A stretch of 48,791 bases of DNA from Octopus bimaculoides (Eukaryota): NCBI RefSeq assembly GCF_001194135.2, contig NC_068981.1, positions 156,841,986 to 156,890,776 of the forward strand, given 5' to 3'. The notes below the pieces were generated by a model. It ran no database searches. It had not been told where the DNA came from and was given only the letters and a program-made list of their open reading frames with translations. Every line of letters starts with the position of its first letter. The first letter of the stretch is position 1. Made by a program: the position numbers and the translations under genes. Positions 1 to 11,576 of the stretch are shown here, piece by piece.

Positions 1-31
<31 letters not shown>
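1..31. repeat. (TA)n microsatellite
   Basis: Direct reading. Confidence 0.95.
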
Positions 32-35
<4 letters not shown>

Positions 36-357
36 TGCTTCAGATTGCTGTTGTTTTACGCACATCATTTTTCATACAATTGAAAACAGCTTACATCAGT
101 CAATTTATTCGTGTCACGTGTTTTGCTTTGGTTCGCGTCAACATTCTTTTGAGGATAAGGACATTCCCCTCCACCCCTTCCCTTACACACATACACTCTT
201 GTTCTCCACATATCATTCCGCTTGTTGCTACATTAATCTTAATTTATTTCTGTTGCATCACGTGTCTCCCTTCCATCTCCAGTTAGCCTCATTTTTATTT
301 TCTACCTACATCCAGCATTTTCCTCTTCTGCTCCTTCTTTTTCCTCCACACAATCAT

Positions 358-521
358 TTCTTCTTCTTCTTCTTCTTCTTCTTCTTCTTCTTCTTCTTCT
401 TCTTCTTCTTCTTCTTCTTCTTCTTCTTCTTCTTCTTCTTCTTCTTCTTCTTCTTCTTCTTCTTCTTCTTCTTCTTCTTCTTCTTCTTCTTCTTCTTCTT
501 CTTCTTCTTCTTCTTCTTCTT
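358..521. repeat. (TTC)n microsatellite
   Basis: About 54 perfect units; source of the poly-F/poly-E ORFs. Confidence 0.97.
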
Positions 522-1077
522 TTCCACGGAATTTAATCTTTAAAATGAAACTAGATAAAGAAAAAAACAACATATTTTAAACTCATTTTACACGCCGACA
601 TTAAACTTTAAAATAAGAATTGCATGTTTGCGATCTGGGTTCGTACACTGCTTGCTACTGTTAATTTTATTTATGAGCAGAATGAAACAGTTTCCATGAT
701 CTTCGAAGGTCCTATCAGATTTGTGAGATGTATGGAGTTAATATTTAGTTTATATAGAAGATTAGTAGGGAGCGGTTTGCTGAGGGGAGTATTTGAACTA
801 ATAAAAACTAAGCAATGTGTTTAGTGCAAAATCTGAACGATTTTATACAGACGGTTGGGATGATCAGTAGAGAGACGACTGTGTTGGCTTTGTGTGAGCT
901 AAGGTGTGCTGCGAACTAGCTCAAAGATACAAAAGCCGTTATGATAAAACCAAAAAGTAGTGCGCCAATGATTCAGTACAGTGTAACTGATTGCTTAACA
1001 GAAAAGTCTTCAGTTAGCATTGGTCTAGAATATTTGTGCATTTGCAGCTGCACCATCCAAAAAATATACAAGTAGTA

Positions 1078-1345
1078 CTTCAATGTTCTTTCTTCTCTCT
1101 TCGTCGTATCCCACGTCTTACCTCGGTATAAGAGTACAAGTAGGACAGTGTTGTTGAAGAGATTGGTGCATAGATCTTGTCCATTTTGCTTAGAGCACAT
1201 CTTTTATCGAGGGAAATGCTTTCTATCCTGCCCTTGTTCAATTCAAGATATTAGCATCTATTTCATGACGCATATTCAATGTGTCCAAGGAGAGGTACTC
1301 CTTTATCTCTTCGATTTCATGGCTTCCTACTTCTATTCCGCTTTG
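1078..1345 (-). mobile_element. RTE-clade LINE relic, C-terminal RT region
   Basis: Minus-strand translation gives EEIKEYLSLDTLNMRHEID..TRAG*KAFPSIKDVL and LFNNTVLLVLLYRGKTWDTTKREERTL, matching RTE motifs EEVxEYVYLG..RxRAGWxAF and LFNxTVLPAxLYGxETWT; stops and frameshifts. Confidence 0.75.
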
Positions 1346-1499
1346 TGCTACGTCATTGGACGTAGGAATATCGCTGTGAAGTTATATCAGAAATGAAGTG
1401 ATTCTATAATGGGGCATAGTGAATGATGTTATCGCAGAATACCGAAAGCACGAATTCCGTTGCGCCTGATGTGTCGCAAGGCCCACAAACAACAGGTGG

Positions 1500-2520
1500 A
1501 CCCGCGCAATTGCCGAGCGTTATCCAAACGATCGGGAAACACCACTCAGAAGGCTTCCATGACGGTGGGAAGACGATTCAGTAAAACCAATTTAGGTTGA
1601 GAGAGAAAAGAATAGCTCAATCAAGAAAGAACAAGAAGGGCATTATGACCAGAGGTGTATAACATATATTCTGGTCGATACAGGTGATACTTCAATGAAG
1701 ACACGCTTGATCTTGTAGAGGGTTAGAAAATGATCTGATCGGAAATATTTTGTAATCTGAAAGAAGTCTAGTCTTTGGGAGTTTTAACAAAATCTCCTGA
1801 AATAAATTTACTATGTAATCATCAAAGATTTGAGAATTCTGTGTAGTGTTTGTACGAGAAGGTTATTAATCAATCGTTAGCAGCAACACAGAGGTAGCCC
1901 TTATCTTACATTAAGGCCATTTCTGTGAAACACTGTATAGATTACTTTCAACGGTTAAAACAGATTCATGTAGAAAGGCAGCGATTATAGTTGTTCCTAA
2001 TGTTGTTGTTCTTGTAGTTTGACTCCAGGTCTTCTCTGATCAAAAACATTACATGACAAAAAAAAGCATTCCAGCCATGTCCATCCCATTTTGTTTTCAG
2101 GTGCAATATGACCCGAAATGCATTATCCAATGTGTCTTTTTTAAGACGATAAAGGTATGGTTTTGGGAATAGAGGTATGGTTTTGGCTTCTGTTTCTAGC
2201 AGGACGAACAACAGCATAGAGGTTTCCTCATTCGTTCGAGAGACACAAAGATGAGAGAAAGAGGTGTAAAACGTTTGGCAGAGTAAAAGGTTATCTCTGA
2301 AATGCATTGTATTATGAGAGTATTGGAAAGACACTGTCGGAACTGGACGCTTTGTTAAAATTAAAGAGAAGATGGTGAACTTCTCTCGAGTATACACAGT
2401 GTGGAATTGTAGACAAACAAATGTTTCACCGGGTGTTATTATTGCAGATTCCTTTTGGTCGAGGAATGGTGGGCTGGAGAACACCGCAGGTTTGGTAGAA
2501 ACCCTCTTCGTGAAAGAGGA
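1500..2520 (+). mobile_element. Very degenerate RTE-like LINE relic (APE endonuclease and linker), interrupted by a family D repeat
   Basis: Scattered motifs in correct order: IGKHH (~1530), ITYILVD (~1660), SDRK (~1735, for SDH), IKE-KDGELL (~2360, with frameshift). Confidence 0.4.
2001..2238 (-). mobile_element. Short interspersed repeat family D ((AAC)n-tailed); related copies at ~10200-10372(+), ~18930-18990(-), ~19003-19170(-), ~37195-37335(+), ~40775-40955(-)
   Basis: Shared blocks across copies: GGAGCCTCTACGTG-like head, GAAATAGCAGCCAAATC-like, AAAGACACATTGGATAATG-like, GATCA..CTGG..AAACAAC tail. Copies are highly diverged. Confidence 0.5.
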
Positions 2521-2571
2521 AGTTGAAATTTGGTATGCAAGACAGACAGGCAGACATACAGGAAGGCAGAC

Positions 2572-2620
<49 letters not shown>
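2572..2620. repeat. (GATA)n microsatellite
   Basis: Direct reading. Confidence 0.95.
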
Positions 2621-2765
2621 TTACACGTGTATAAGGGATGACCACTAAGTGGACATCCAATATGCTAGAAAGAGGTCATCAACGACCCAACCAAGAGGTC
2701 ATCAATGACCTCTTTCTAGCATATTGGATGTCCACTTAGTGGTCATCCCTTATACACGTGTAATA
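2619..2765. repeat. Perfect 61 bp inverted repeat with 25 nt spacer
   Basis: 2619-2679 is the exact reverse complement of 2705-2765. Confidence 0.95.
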
Positions 2766-2865
2766 CAATTTTTCTGAATTTTCAGATTTTTTTTATATGC
2801 AATGCCACTTGGTTTTAAGTTGAATTAATATTCAATTTATCACCCTCTATATATAAATAATAATT

Positions 2866-2931
<66 letters not shown>
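2866..2931. repeat. (TAGA)n microsatellite
   Basis: Direct reading. Confidence 0.95.
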
Positions 2932-3186
2932 TCAAACAATTTACTTCTAGTTATAAATGTACAGAAGGAATTCAAATTATTTGTCAGGTATTTGTTAGTA
3001 GTTGGGCAGTTGTTGCAATCAGTTTTGGTCTTTGGCGTTTTAAGAAATGACGTCGAACAAACAGAGCCACTTGGAACATTTATGTCCAGTGAGTGTAGTT
3101 TTAAAGGAATGTGGACGGAGCAGTGCTCTAATAAGCAATTTTTCAAATGAAGTTAGCTAACATCATTTTAATATTATTTTTTAGAT

Positions 3187-3592
3187 AAGCCGACCAGCTT
3201 GCAGAGTCGTTAACAGCATTTCATCCGTCTTTACCTCTTGAGTTCAAATTCCGCCGGAGTCGACTTGGCCGTTGATTCTTTCGGGGTCGATAAAATAAGT
3301 ACCAGTTGATCACTGGGGTCGATGTAATCGACTAAACCCCTATCCCGAACTTACTGGCCTTGTGCTAAAATTTGAAACCAATACTACTCTCTAGATAAAG
3401 CAGCGAGCCAGCAGAATCGTTTGTATGTCAGACAAAGTGATTGGCGACTTTTCTAAGTTCAAATGCCACCTTGATTGACTTTGTCTTTCATCTTTTCATG
3501 ATCGATATAAGTACCACTTCAGAACTTTGTCGATGTAATCGTCTTAACCATCTCCCGAAATTGCTGGCCTTGTGCCAAAATTTGAAACCAAT
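3187..3592 (+). mobile_element. Two tandem tRNA-derived SINEs, family A (3187-3382, 3398-3592)
   Basis: B-box-like GAGTTCAAATTCC, central TTTCGGGGTCGATAAAATAAGTACCAG motif, tail GGCCTTGTGCCAAAATTTGAAACCAAT in both. Confidence 0.85.
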
Positions 3593-3807
3593 GTTACTTT
3601 TTGGATATTTTTCACATTAATTGATGCAATTTTCTTGTTTGTATTTCTTTCATTCTTTGCACTTATATTCCAGATGACATTCATACGTAGCTTTCCTAAT
3701 TAACCTCATTAATGCGTAGACATTTTACAAAATCATTAGCTAGTGTAAGGGAATTTGACCCTTCAGTACTGATGTCAGTGTGTTAATGGGAATCTAATAG
3801 ACAATAG

Positions 3808-4338
<531 letters not shown>

Positions 4339-4715
4339 AAAATAATCTTTTAGGTTATTAATAAAATGGTGTCCAGCATCGGAACATCAATCAAAGCAAA
4401 GTTTAGATTGATATGTTTCAGACGGCATGTACGTATTTTCGTGTTTTGCATATGTTATTGATATCACAAAAAGTGTAATAAATCGTTTATTTTTTTCAAT
4501 TTTTACTGAATCATACATATTTTAATCAAAACATTTCATGTTATTTAAGTTTTATTTGCTAAAATTTATGTCTTTTTTAATTATATAAATTACAATTTTA
4601 GATATGGTATTTATATATAATTTTACATACATTATATAATTTGCATACACACACACACATACGCGCATACATTCATGCATACATACAGAGACACAAAAAT
4701 ATACATGCACACATA

Positions 4716-4760
<45 letters not shown>

Positions 4761-4843
4761 AATAATAATAATGATAATAATAATGAGAAGAAGAAGAAGA
4801 AGAAGAAGAAGAAGAAGAAGAAGAAGAAGAAGAAGAAGAAGAA
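4716..4843. repeat. Compound (GAT)n(AAT)n(GAA)n microsatellite
   Basis: Direct reading. Confidence 0.95.
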
Positions 4844-4970
4844 TGATAGCAAAAGGGACTGATTGCTACCTAGCTCAGATACCAAGAAACCCCAAATTGG
4901 CAGAAATTCAGAAGATAGTGCTCATGGGAACTGCCCATATCCTACGTAAAATACTGTCTATGTAATCTCA
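4843..4970 (+). mobile_element. Extreme 3' end of an RLE-type non-LTR retrotransposon (R4/Dong-like), 5'-truncated
   Basis: MIAKGTDCYLAQIPRNPKLAEIQKIVLMGTAHILRKILSM* matches the conserved C-terminus QKxVLxGTAxILRKxL. Confidence 0.75.
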
Positions 4971-5004
4971 AATGGAGATTGTAGCCTTATTGATAAAGAG
5001 TGAT

Positions 5005-5927
5005 CAGGCAGACAATCCACTACAAATGATGACCAAATCAAGTCATTAATTGAGAATAACCCACATTGCACAACCCGAGAATTGGCAGAAAGCCTCAACC
5101 TATCAAAATCCGTTGTTCATGAGCACCTGGTAAAGCTTGGGTACACAAATCGCTACGATGTTTGAGTACCACATGCGTTGAGTGAGAAGAACCTTTTGGA
5201 TCGTATTTCCATCTGTGATTCGCTTTATAAACGGAATGAAAATTCACCTTTTTTAAAGCAAATTATGACAGGTGATGAGAAATGGATTATCTACTGAAAT
5301 GTTCAGAGAAAGCGATCCTGGAGTAAGCGACATAAGCTACCCTTAGCTACCCCAAAAGCGAGTCTTCACCCAAAAAAAGTCTTGCTTTGTGTCTGGTGGG
5401 ATTGGAAAGGAATTCTGTACTATGAACTTCTCCCAAGTAACCAAGTAACCAAACAATTAATTCTGAGAAATACAGCACACAACTGGACGAGTTAAAAGCA
5501 GCAATTCAAGAGAAACGTCCAGAATTGTCCAACAGGAAGGGTGCTGTTTTCCAACATGATAATGAAAGACCGCACGTTTCTTTGGGAACCAGAAAAAAAT
5601 TGCTGCAGCTCGGCTGGCATGTGTTACCCCACCCTCCATATTCACCAGATATTGCTCCTTCGGATTTCCACTTATTCAGGTCTCTGCAGAATAGTCTTAA
5701 TGGTAAAAATTTCAATTCCTTGGATGACGTAAAAAGATACCTTGATGAATTCTTTGCCATGAAACCACCTCAATTCTGGGAAGAGGGTATTTTCAAGTTA
5801 AAGGAAAGATGGAGACGCATTGTGCAACAAAATGGTTCATATTTGGTTGATTAAAAATGTAATGACAAGTATTTATTGACCTTTTTCTTTCCTTTAAAAA
5901 TCGGCACGAACTTTCCGAACAACCCAA
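5005..5927 (+). mobile_element. Mariner (D,D34D) transposon relic, 5'-truncated, 3' TIR retained
   Basis: Motifs DV*VPH, MTGDEKW, HDNERPH, YSPDIAPSDFHLF with exactly 34 aa between D2 and D3; 8 bp duplication frameshift near 5440; 3' TIR ...AACTTTCCGAACAACCCAA followed by TA at 5928-5929. Confidence 0.95.
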
Positions 5928-5959
5928 TATTTTTCGTGTCTTCAATGATCTAAATATTA

Positions 5960-6737
5960 TTGTATGATATACATCTGTATATTATTGTTTTACACCTTGT
6001 TTCTTCCTGCATTTCTTCTCGTGTGTTCAGGTGGACTTGTCTTGCCAGTTCTGGTTAGATACATTTTGGCTCTAGCGAACTCCACTTCTGACAATTCGAC
6101 TCCTCCGTTTTTTGACATATCTGAACGAACCCACTATGTGTTTGCTTAGAAAAAGCAACTGTTGTCTGTACTTTGTTAATATTTTCTTTGTTTCATGTTG
6201 TGGTGAAGTCTGCTGGTGTTCGGCGTGAAAAAATTCTTTTTTCTTTCTCTTCACCTCTTCACACTTATAGTTGTTGTTGTTGTTGCTCTAGTTGGTCCTC
6301 TGGACGGCAGTGGTGGTAGCAGTGTCAGTGTTTTCCTCCGCTCCTTCCTTCATGCTTCCGTCGGTATTGATAGTGGTCATGATGCTGCTGTTGTTCCTGC
6401 TGTGACAGCTGCTACAGCTGTTCTTCCTCTCCCTGTCAACCACATTAGGTAGTGGTGGGTGAGGACGAAATTTTACAGAGGCTGTTACAAAAAACGTCGA
6501 CACCCTCGATCTGAAAAGCCGTGTTGCAAATTTTCTTTGCAAAATATGGAATTTTGAGTTGTTAAAAGTCAAAATTCGCCTTTAAAGGGTGTTTTTTTGC
6601 CACCCCAGCTGATCCTGCTTGTGGCAAGCTGGGTTACCAAAATAACAGTTCAACAAAATAGTCAAAAACAAACAGTAAAACAAAAAAATTGAAAAAAATT
6701 TAACAGCCCTCCGAACACGCGGCCGACAGCTCCAGAC
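5960..6737 (-). mobile_element. 5' UTR/ORF1 relic of an L1/Tx1-like LINE
   Basis: Minus strand has a CAA/CAG-rich low-complexity stretch then RYVKKRRSRI-VEVEFA, similar to RHVAKRKKCGTVEVRF in ORF1 of the element at 25.7 kb. Confidence 0.5.

Positions 6738-6797
<60 letters not shown>
6738..6797. repeat. (AAT)n microsatellite
   Basis: 20 perfect units. Confidence 0.95.
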
Positions 6798-6798
<1 letters not shown>

Positions 6799-6925
6799 TG
6801 TTGGATCATAGATAAGAAAGCAAACTATGCTGGATCATAGATATAGCATGTCCAGCTGACAACAAAGTATGTGATAAGGAAGAAAGAAAAGTCGATAGAT
6901 ATGACAGGTTAGCTTGGGAGGTTGG
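6798..6925 (+). mobile_element. RLE-domain fragment (R4/Dong-like)
   Basis: CWIIDIACPADNKVCDKEERKVDRYDRLAWEV matches the D..P.D....K..KY half of the restriction-like endonuclease. Confidence 0.75.
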
Positions 6926-6990
6926 TAGTGAAGAGCTGACACCGTAGTACATCTCCAGCGTTAGAAGCTGTGCAAAGACAAAATAATATT

Positions 6991-6994
6991 AATA

Positions 6995-7049
<55 letters not shown>

Positions 7050-7053
7050 CGAC
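6991..7053. repeat. (AAT)(GAT)n microsatellite
   Basis: Direct reading. Confidence 0.95.
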
Positions 7054-7440
7054 AACCGATTTTAACATTCAGATTAAAAGAAGCTAGAAGGCCTGATTTA
7101 GTAGTAGTAGACAAAGAGAACAGAAAGTGCAAGGTAATTAACTTTACAGTCTCAAATGATGAGAAAGTCAATATGAGAAGTAATGAGAAATTAACAAAAC
7201 ATCAGGACGTAGCCATTGAGCTACAGGGACTATGGAAAGTGCAGGTAAAATGTATCCCTGCAGTTATAGATGCATTAGTAACTATTCCTAAAGATTTGAA
7301 CCGAAGGATAGAGAAAATAGGCATAAAACCTAGCTTAGTGCAGCTCCAGAAAACATTATTATTAGGGACAGCTAGAATACTTAGGGCGGTTCTTAGCATC
7401 TAAGGTTATTTGTTATATATCGATGTTAAGAATTTTCCCA
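7054..7440 (+). mobile_element. 3' end of an R4/Dong-like non-LTR retrotransposon (RLE domain to stop)
   Basis: In frame from 7080: EARRPDLVVVDKENRKCKVINFTVSNDEKVNMRSNEKLTKHQDVAIELQGLWKV..IPAVIDAL..LQKTLLLGTARILRAVLSI*. Confidence 0.85.
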
Positions 7441-8212
7441 ACGATTTCCTAAAGACAACTTTAGATGCAATAGTGCTTTAAAAATCTCTGCCATGGCAGC
7501 AAGTTGATATGTCACGCTACAGTTACACGTATTATTTTGTTTATTCCGGCTTATGTCTGCGAACCACTCAGGCTTATGTTTATTATTATTAGATTACCTT
7601 CCGCAAGGGGATTATTACATATGATGTGAACTGTGACGGTTAGAGAAACCAGCTTAGTTTAATTTTGGCTTTCATTCCTACGTACCTACGCTAGTATGCA
7701 ACCTCTTGTAACAATGCGCACCGTTTCAAGTTACACAATTACCAAGAGAGGGGTGTAGGCTGTGTACAAATTTCCGCGACTTTAAACAATATCTTTGAAT
7801 AGATTCTTCAATAACAACAACACCCTTTTGCTTTACTTTGTTGCAGCCTAGAGCTTATATTTCATTTTTGAAGGAGAGTCCAACATATATGCCTTGTTTT
7901 ACAATGATATTCGAATACCAAATTGTAAATTGACATTTATACCAATAATAATTAGTACACTCGATTTTGTTGGTAAATTCTTAAGTGACAATCTGGATAA
8001 GCTGGGCTTTTCAGAAAAAGAAATCAACAGCTAACTCGCACACTACAAATATAAACTGTAAGCGGAACAGTAAAAATATGCAAGACGTTTCTCAAGTTCA
8101 ACATGTGAATTTGTTTTGTTATCCATATCCCATTGCTAGAACTTTGTGTCTTTGTTACAAACCAGCTCCTTCTTTATGGGAAGATTTCCAATAATTAAAA
8201 GTAGAAGAGAAC

Positions 8213-8226
8213 TCACACACACAGAA

Positions 8227-8258
<32 letters not shown>

Positions 8259-8430
8259 ACACAACACACGCACACACACACACACACACATACATACATA
8301 CATACATACATACATACATACATACATACATGCATACATACATACATACATGCATACACACATACATACATACATACATGCATACATACATACATACATA
8401 CATACATACATACATACATACATACTTACA
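8213..8430. repeat. (CA)n/(TACA)n microsatellite
   Basis: Direct reading. Confidence 0.95.
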
Positions 8431-8554
8431 TACATTTTGGGTTATTACGTCAAAGTATTTACAAGATAATAATTGATAGATAGACTAGAAAAGTGTTTTA
8501 AGCCAGAAGTTATTTTATCAAGACGAAGGCAAAAAGATAAATGTTGATTAAAGG

Positions 8555-8664
8555 GAAGAAGAAGAAGAAGAAGAAGAAGAAGAAGAAGAAGAAGAAGAAG
8601 AAGAAGAAGAAGAAGAAGAAGAAGAAGAATGATGATGATGATGATGACGACGACGACGAGGAGG
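8555..8664. repeat. (GAA)n(GAT)n(GAC)n microsatellite running into gap 8665-8813
   Basis: Direct reading. Confidence 0.95.
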
Positions 8665-10790
8665 NNNNNNNNNNNNNNNNNNNNNNNNNNNNNNNNNNNN
8701 NNNNNNNNNNNNNNNNNNNNNNNNNNNNNNNNNNNNNNNNNNNNNNNNNNNNNNNNNNNNNNNNNNNNNNNNNNNNNNNNNNNNNNNNNNNNNNNNNNNN
8801 NNNNNNNNNNNNNAATATACAGAGCTGAATATTGATGTCCCGAAGTTAAATAAAGAATTTTGTTCTCTAAAAGGAAATTATACAGGTCGAAAGTTAAGTC
8901 TCTCACAACTTCACCTTGAAGCCTTCTTATCCTCTTAAATCGGGAATTAATTTGATTATGTGTTTAAGATTTAATTTTGTTACAAATTAGCAATTAAGGA
9001 AAACGAGAGACGTTCTCTGGATCTCATTAATTATACGAAATCCATCAACAGTTAAGAATGCCAAGACGCACTAAAACTATCTTCAAAATCTTGACCTACA
9101 TCTCAAGTTGAGCATCTATGCGGAAATATGTATAATTTTCTTAATATGAGCTTAATTTTCTTAGTCAATGCTCTAAATTTGCAATGTAATACAGATCACC
9201 TGCTGTGAAGCGAAATGGATGACTTGTATATTAGCTTTTCCAGCTGCTATCGTTGGTTCAATGCTGTCATCATCATTCTCACTGATTTTGCTGCCGTTAT
9301 CATTTATTTTTTAATGATGTTGCTGATGTTATTGTAACTAATTTCGAATATTGCTGTTGTTGTTGAATATGATGACGTTGCTGCTGTTGCCCTAATCACT
9401 CCTACTGAAGCAGACATCGATTATGAGATGATGTTCGAATGATTGGGTACAACTTGTTAATTCAACATTCCTGATACTTTATAGCTTCATCTTTAATGGA
9501 TCTGTACATGTTTTGCCTTTTGATCCGCAGAGATTGTACAGAATTTTCTCACATTCGAATCTTCTTTTCGTCTTCCAGACGTCTTCTTTTCGGATATACT
9601 GTTACAGAAATGATAACTTCAATTATATATCTTCTGCTTTAGACAGCATAGTTTGGCTTGAAGGAGGTTTGGTTACTTATGTTGGCAAGTTAAGTAACTG
9701 CATATTGAAAGTGAAACGTGTTTTCATTGAGGTGGATGGAACGACGCCTCAGGAAATCCTTACGAGGTGTCGGGTATATCGGTTGGTGCCGGCACCACTA
9801 TCTTCGGTTTGGTGGCGTGATCCTTGCTACAATCGCTATGCGCTAACTGCAGTGTAAAAAGCAGCATGAAACCCAAAACAGGAATTTACGCTCCATCGGA
9901 ATGGAACATGGATCAGACCGATTTCTAATGTAAATACGCGCTTCTGATGCGCGAATGGGTGATCGAAACTGGCATACGAGCGAAGGACCTATTGAGACGT
10001 CTATTTGTTGGTTTGCTCCGAAATTTTCTTAAAACAAGTCATTCTGTCCAATAATGCAAACGGTTTAAATTTACTATCTAATTTATAACCACTTCTGCGT
10101 AGTAGAGACAACGATTGCATTATAAATTCATGGTGCCAATTAAAACACTTTTATTAAAAACTGTTACTCTGGAGATGTGATGGTCAATTTTGATGACATG
10201 ATAGGAGCCTCTACGTGTTCTTCACGAAATAACATGCAAACCAAATCCTACTAGCTGAAAGTATAAAAGACATATTACACAATGTAGTTTTACATACACT
10301 GCATTTAGAAAAGAAAAGTGAGCTAGTTTCACTTCTTGATCAAGGTTAATCTGGGATTAAACAACAGCAAATATTAGTGCAACTGGAAAGTGTGATGTCG
10401 GGTTTGAAAAGGAAAGTAGTCTACATTGGTGCAAATGACCAGCAGTAAAATAATTCAACAAATTATTCGTGAAGGCTGCATGATTCGCGTAAGTATTAAA
10501 CTTTGAAGTAAGAAAGTCCAGGAGATAAGACTATTTAACACAGCTCAGTTTACTTCAGTTGACACAACTGTCAAAGATAGCTGTTTGCATAGTATTAATA
10601 GAACCAACAGATGTAGAATCACGTAGAAATTTAACCATTTGCGTTGTTATTGTAACAGCATGAAATTGTCACATTCTTACACCCTCTCCTCGACACCCCG
10701 ATGCAAAACTACATGCATACAATATTTTTATATAAATAGGAATGATAAAGTGAGTAAATCATTTGAACACTATATATATACATAGATATA

Positions 10791-10832
<42 letters not shown>

Positions 10833-11543
10833 ACATTTTACTGAAAATTTTTAGTATGACAAAAAGTTTTCTTATAGAGACAGTTTTACAGTATCAGTGT
10901 TTGTATATGTTTCAACCAAAGACGTTTTATAGGTGAAGAAAAATCATATTTTACTAACCGGTTTAGCAGTCATCAGCTTTTTAAAGTTTAAAGTATGTTC
11001 ATCAATGCATTTTTATCCCATGTGGTGAAAGAAACACATGAGATTAATTTCATATAGCCATGTCGTTTATGTCATTTCCAGGACAAGGGATACAACTGTT
11101 AATTTGTGTATTTTATCTTGTTTATATTCTTTTGATAATATTTTTACTTATACAGAGAGGAAAGGAGGTTTAATTAAAATATCAGACGCAGAGCATTTAG
11201 GAACAGATTTTTGTTTTTACAAAGAAGTTTACTTTTCTTAATAAATCCTACTTAGGCTTTACTATGTTGCTATTGATATTGTTATTGAAACCGTTATTGA
11301 CGTTTATGTGATTTCTCTCGATTTTCTGAGTCCAATTGCACTGAAATGATATAAAAAGCCTATCTCGAGTCTATCATTCTAATTCTTAAATCCACATACG
11401 TATTAAAATGTGTATATATGTGTATATATATATGTCACAGTTTTCAGTCAATACATATTGATACATAATTTTTGCTTATAAGATCGAGGAATAAGATGTA
11501 ACGGTCCTGTTATGCAAAGAAAACTTGAAGATCCTTTTACCAG

Positions 11544-11576
11544 AATCTGAAATGTCCCGACAAGAGAACGCAGACG
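11544..11576 (+). other. Candidate 33 nt micro-exon (unverified)
   Basis: Acceptor CCTTTTACCAG and donor ACG|GTAAGC; length divisible by 3; open as NLKCPDKRTQT or SEMSRQENAD. No protein recognised. Confidence 0.2.

Noticed and set aside
9513-10020. 114 aa ORF and GC-elevated patch, including a minus-strand micro-exon candidate (YPKRRRLEDEKKIR) and a CTGATGC..GAAAC hammerhead-like string near 9945
   Set aside because: No recognisable domain, weak splice sites, core A9 substituted and no stem II.
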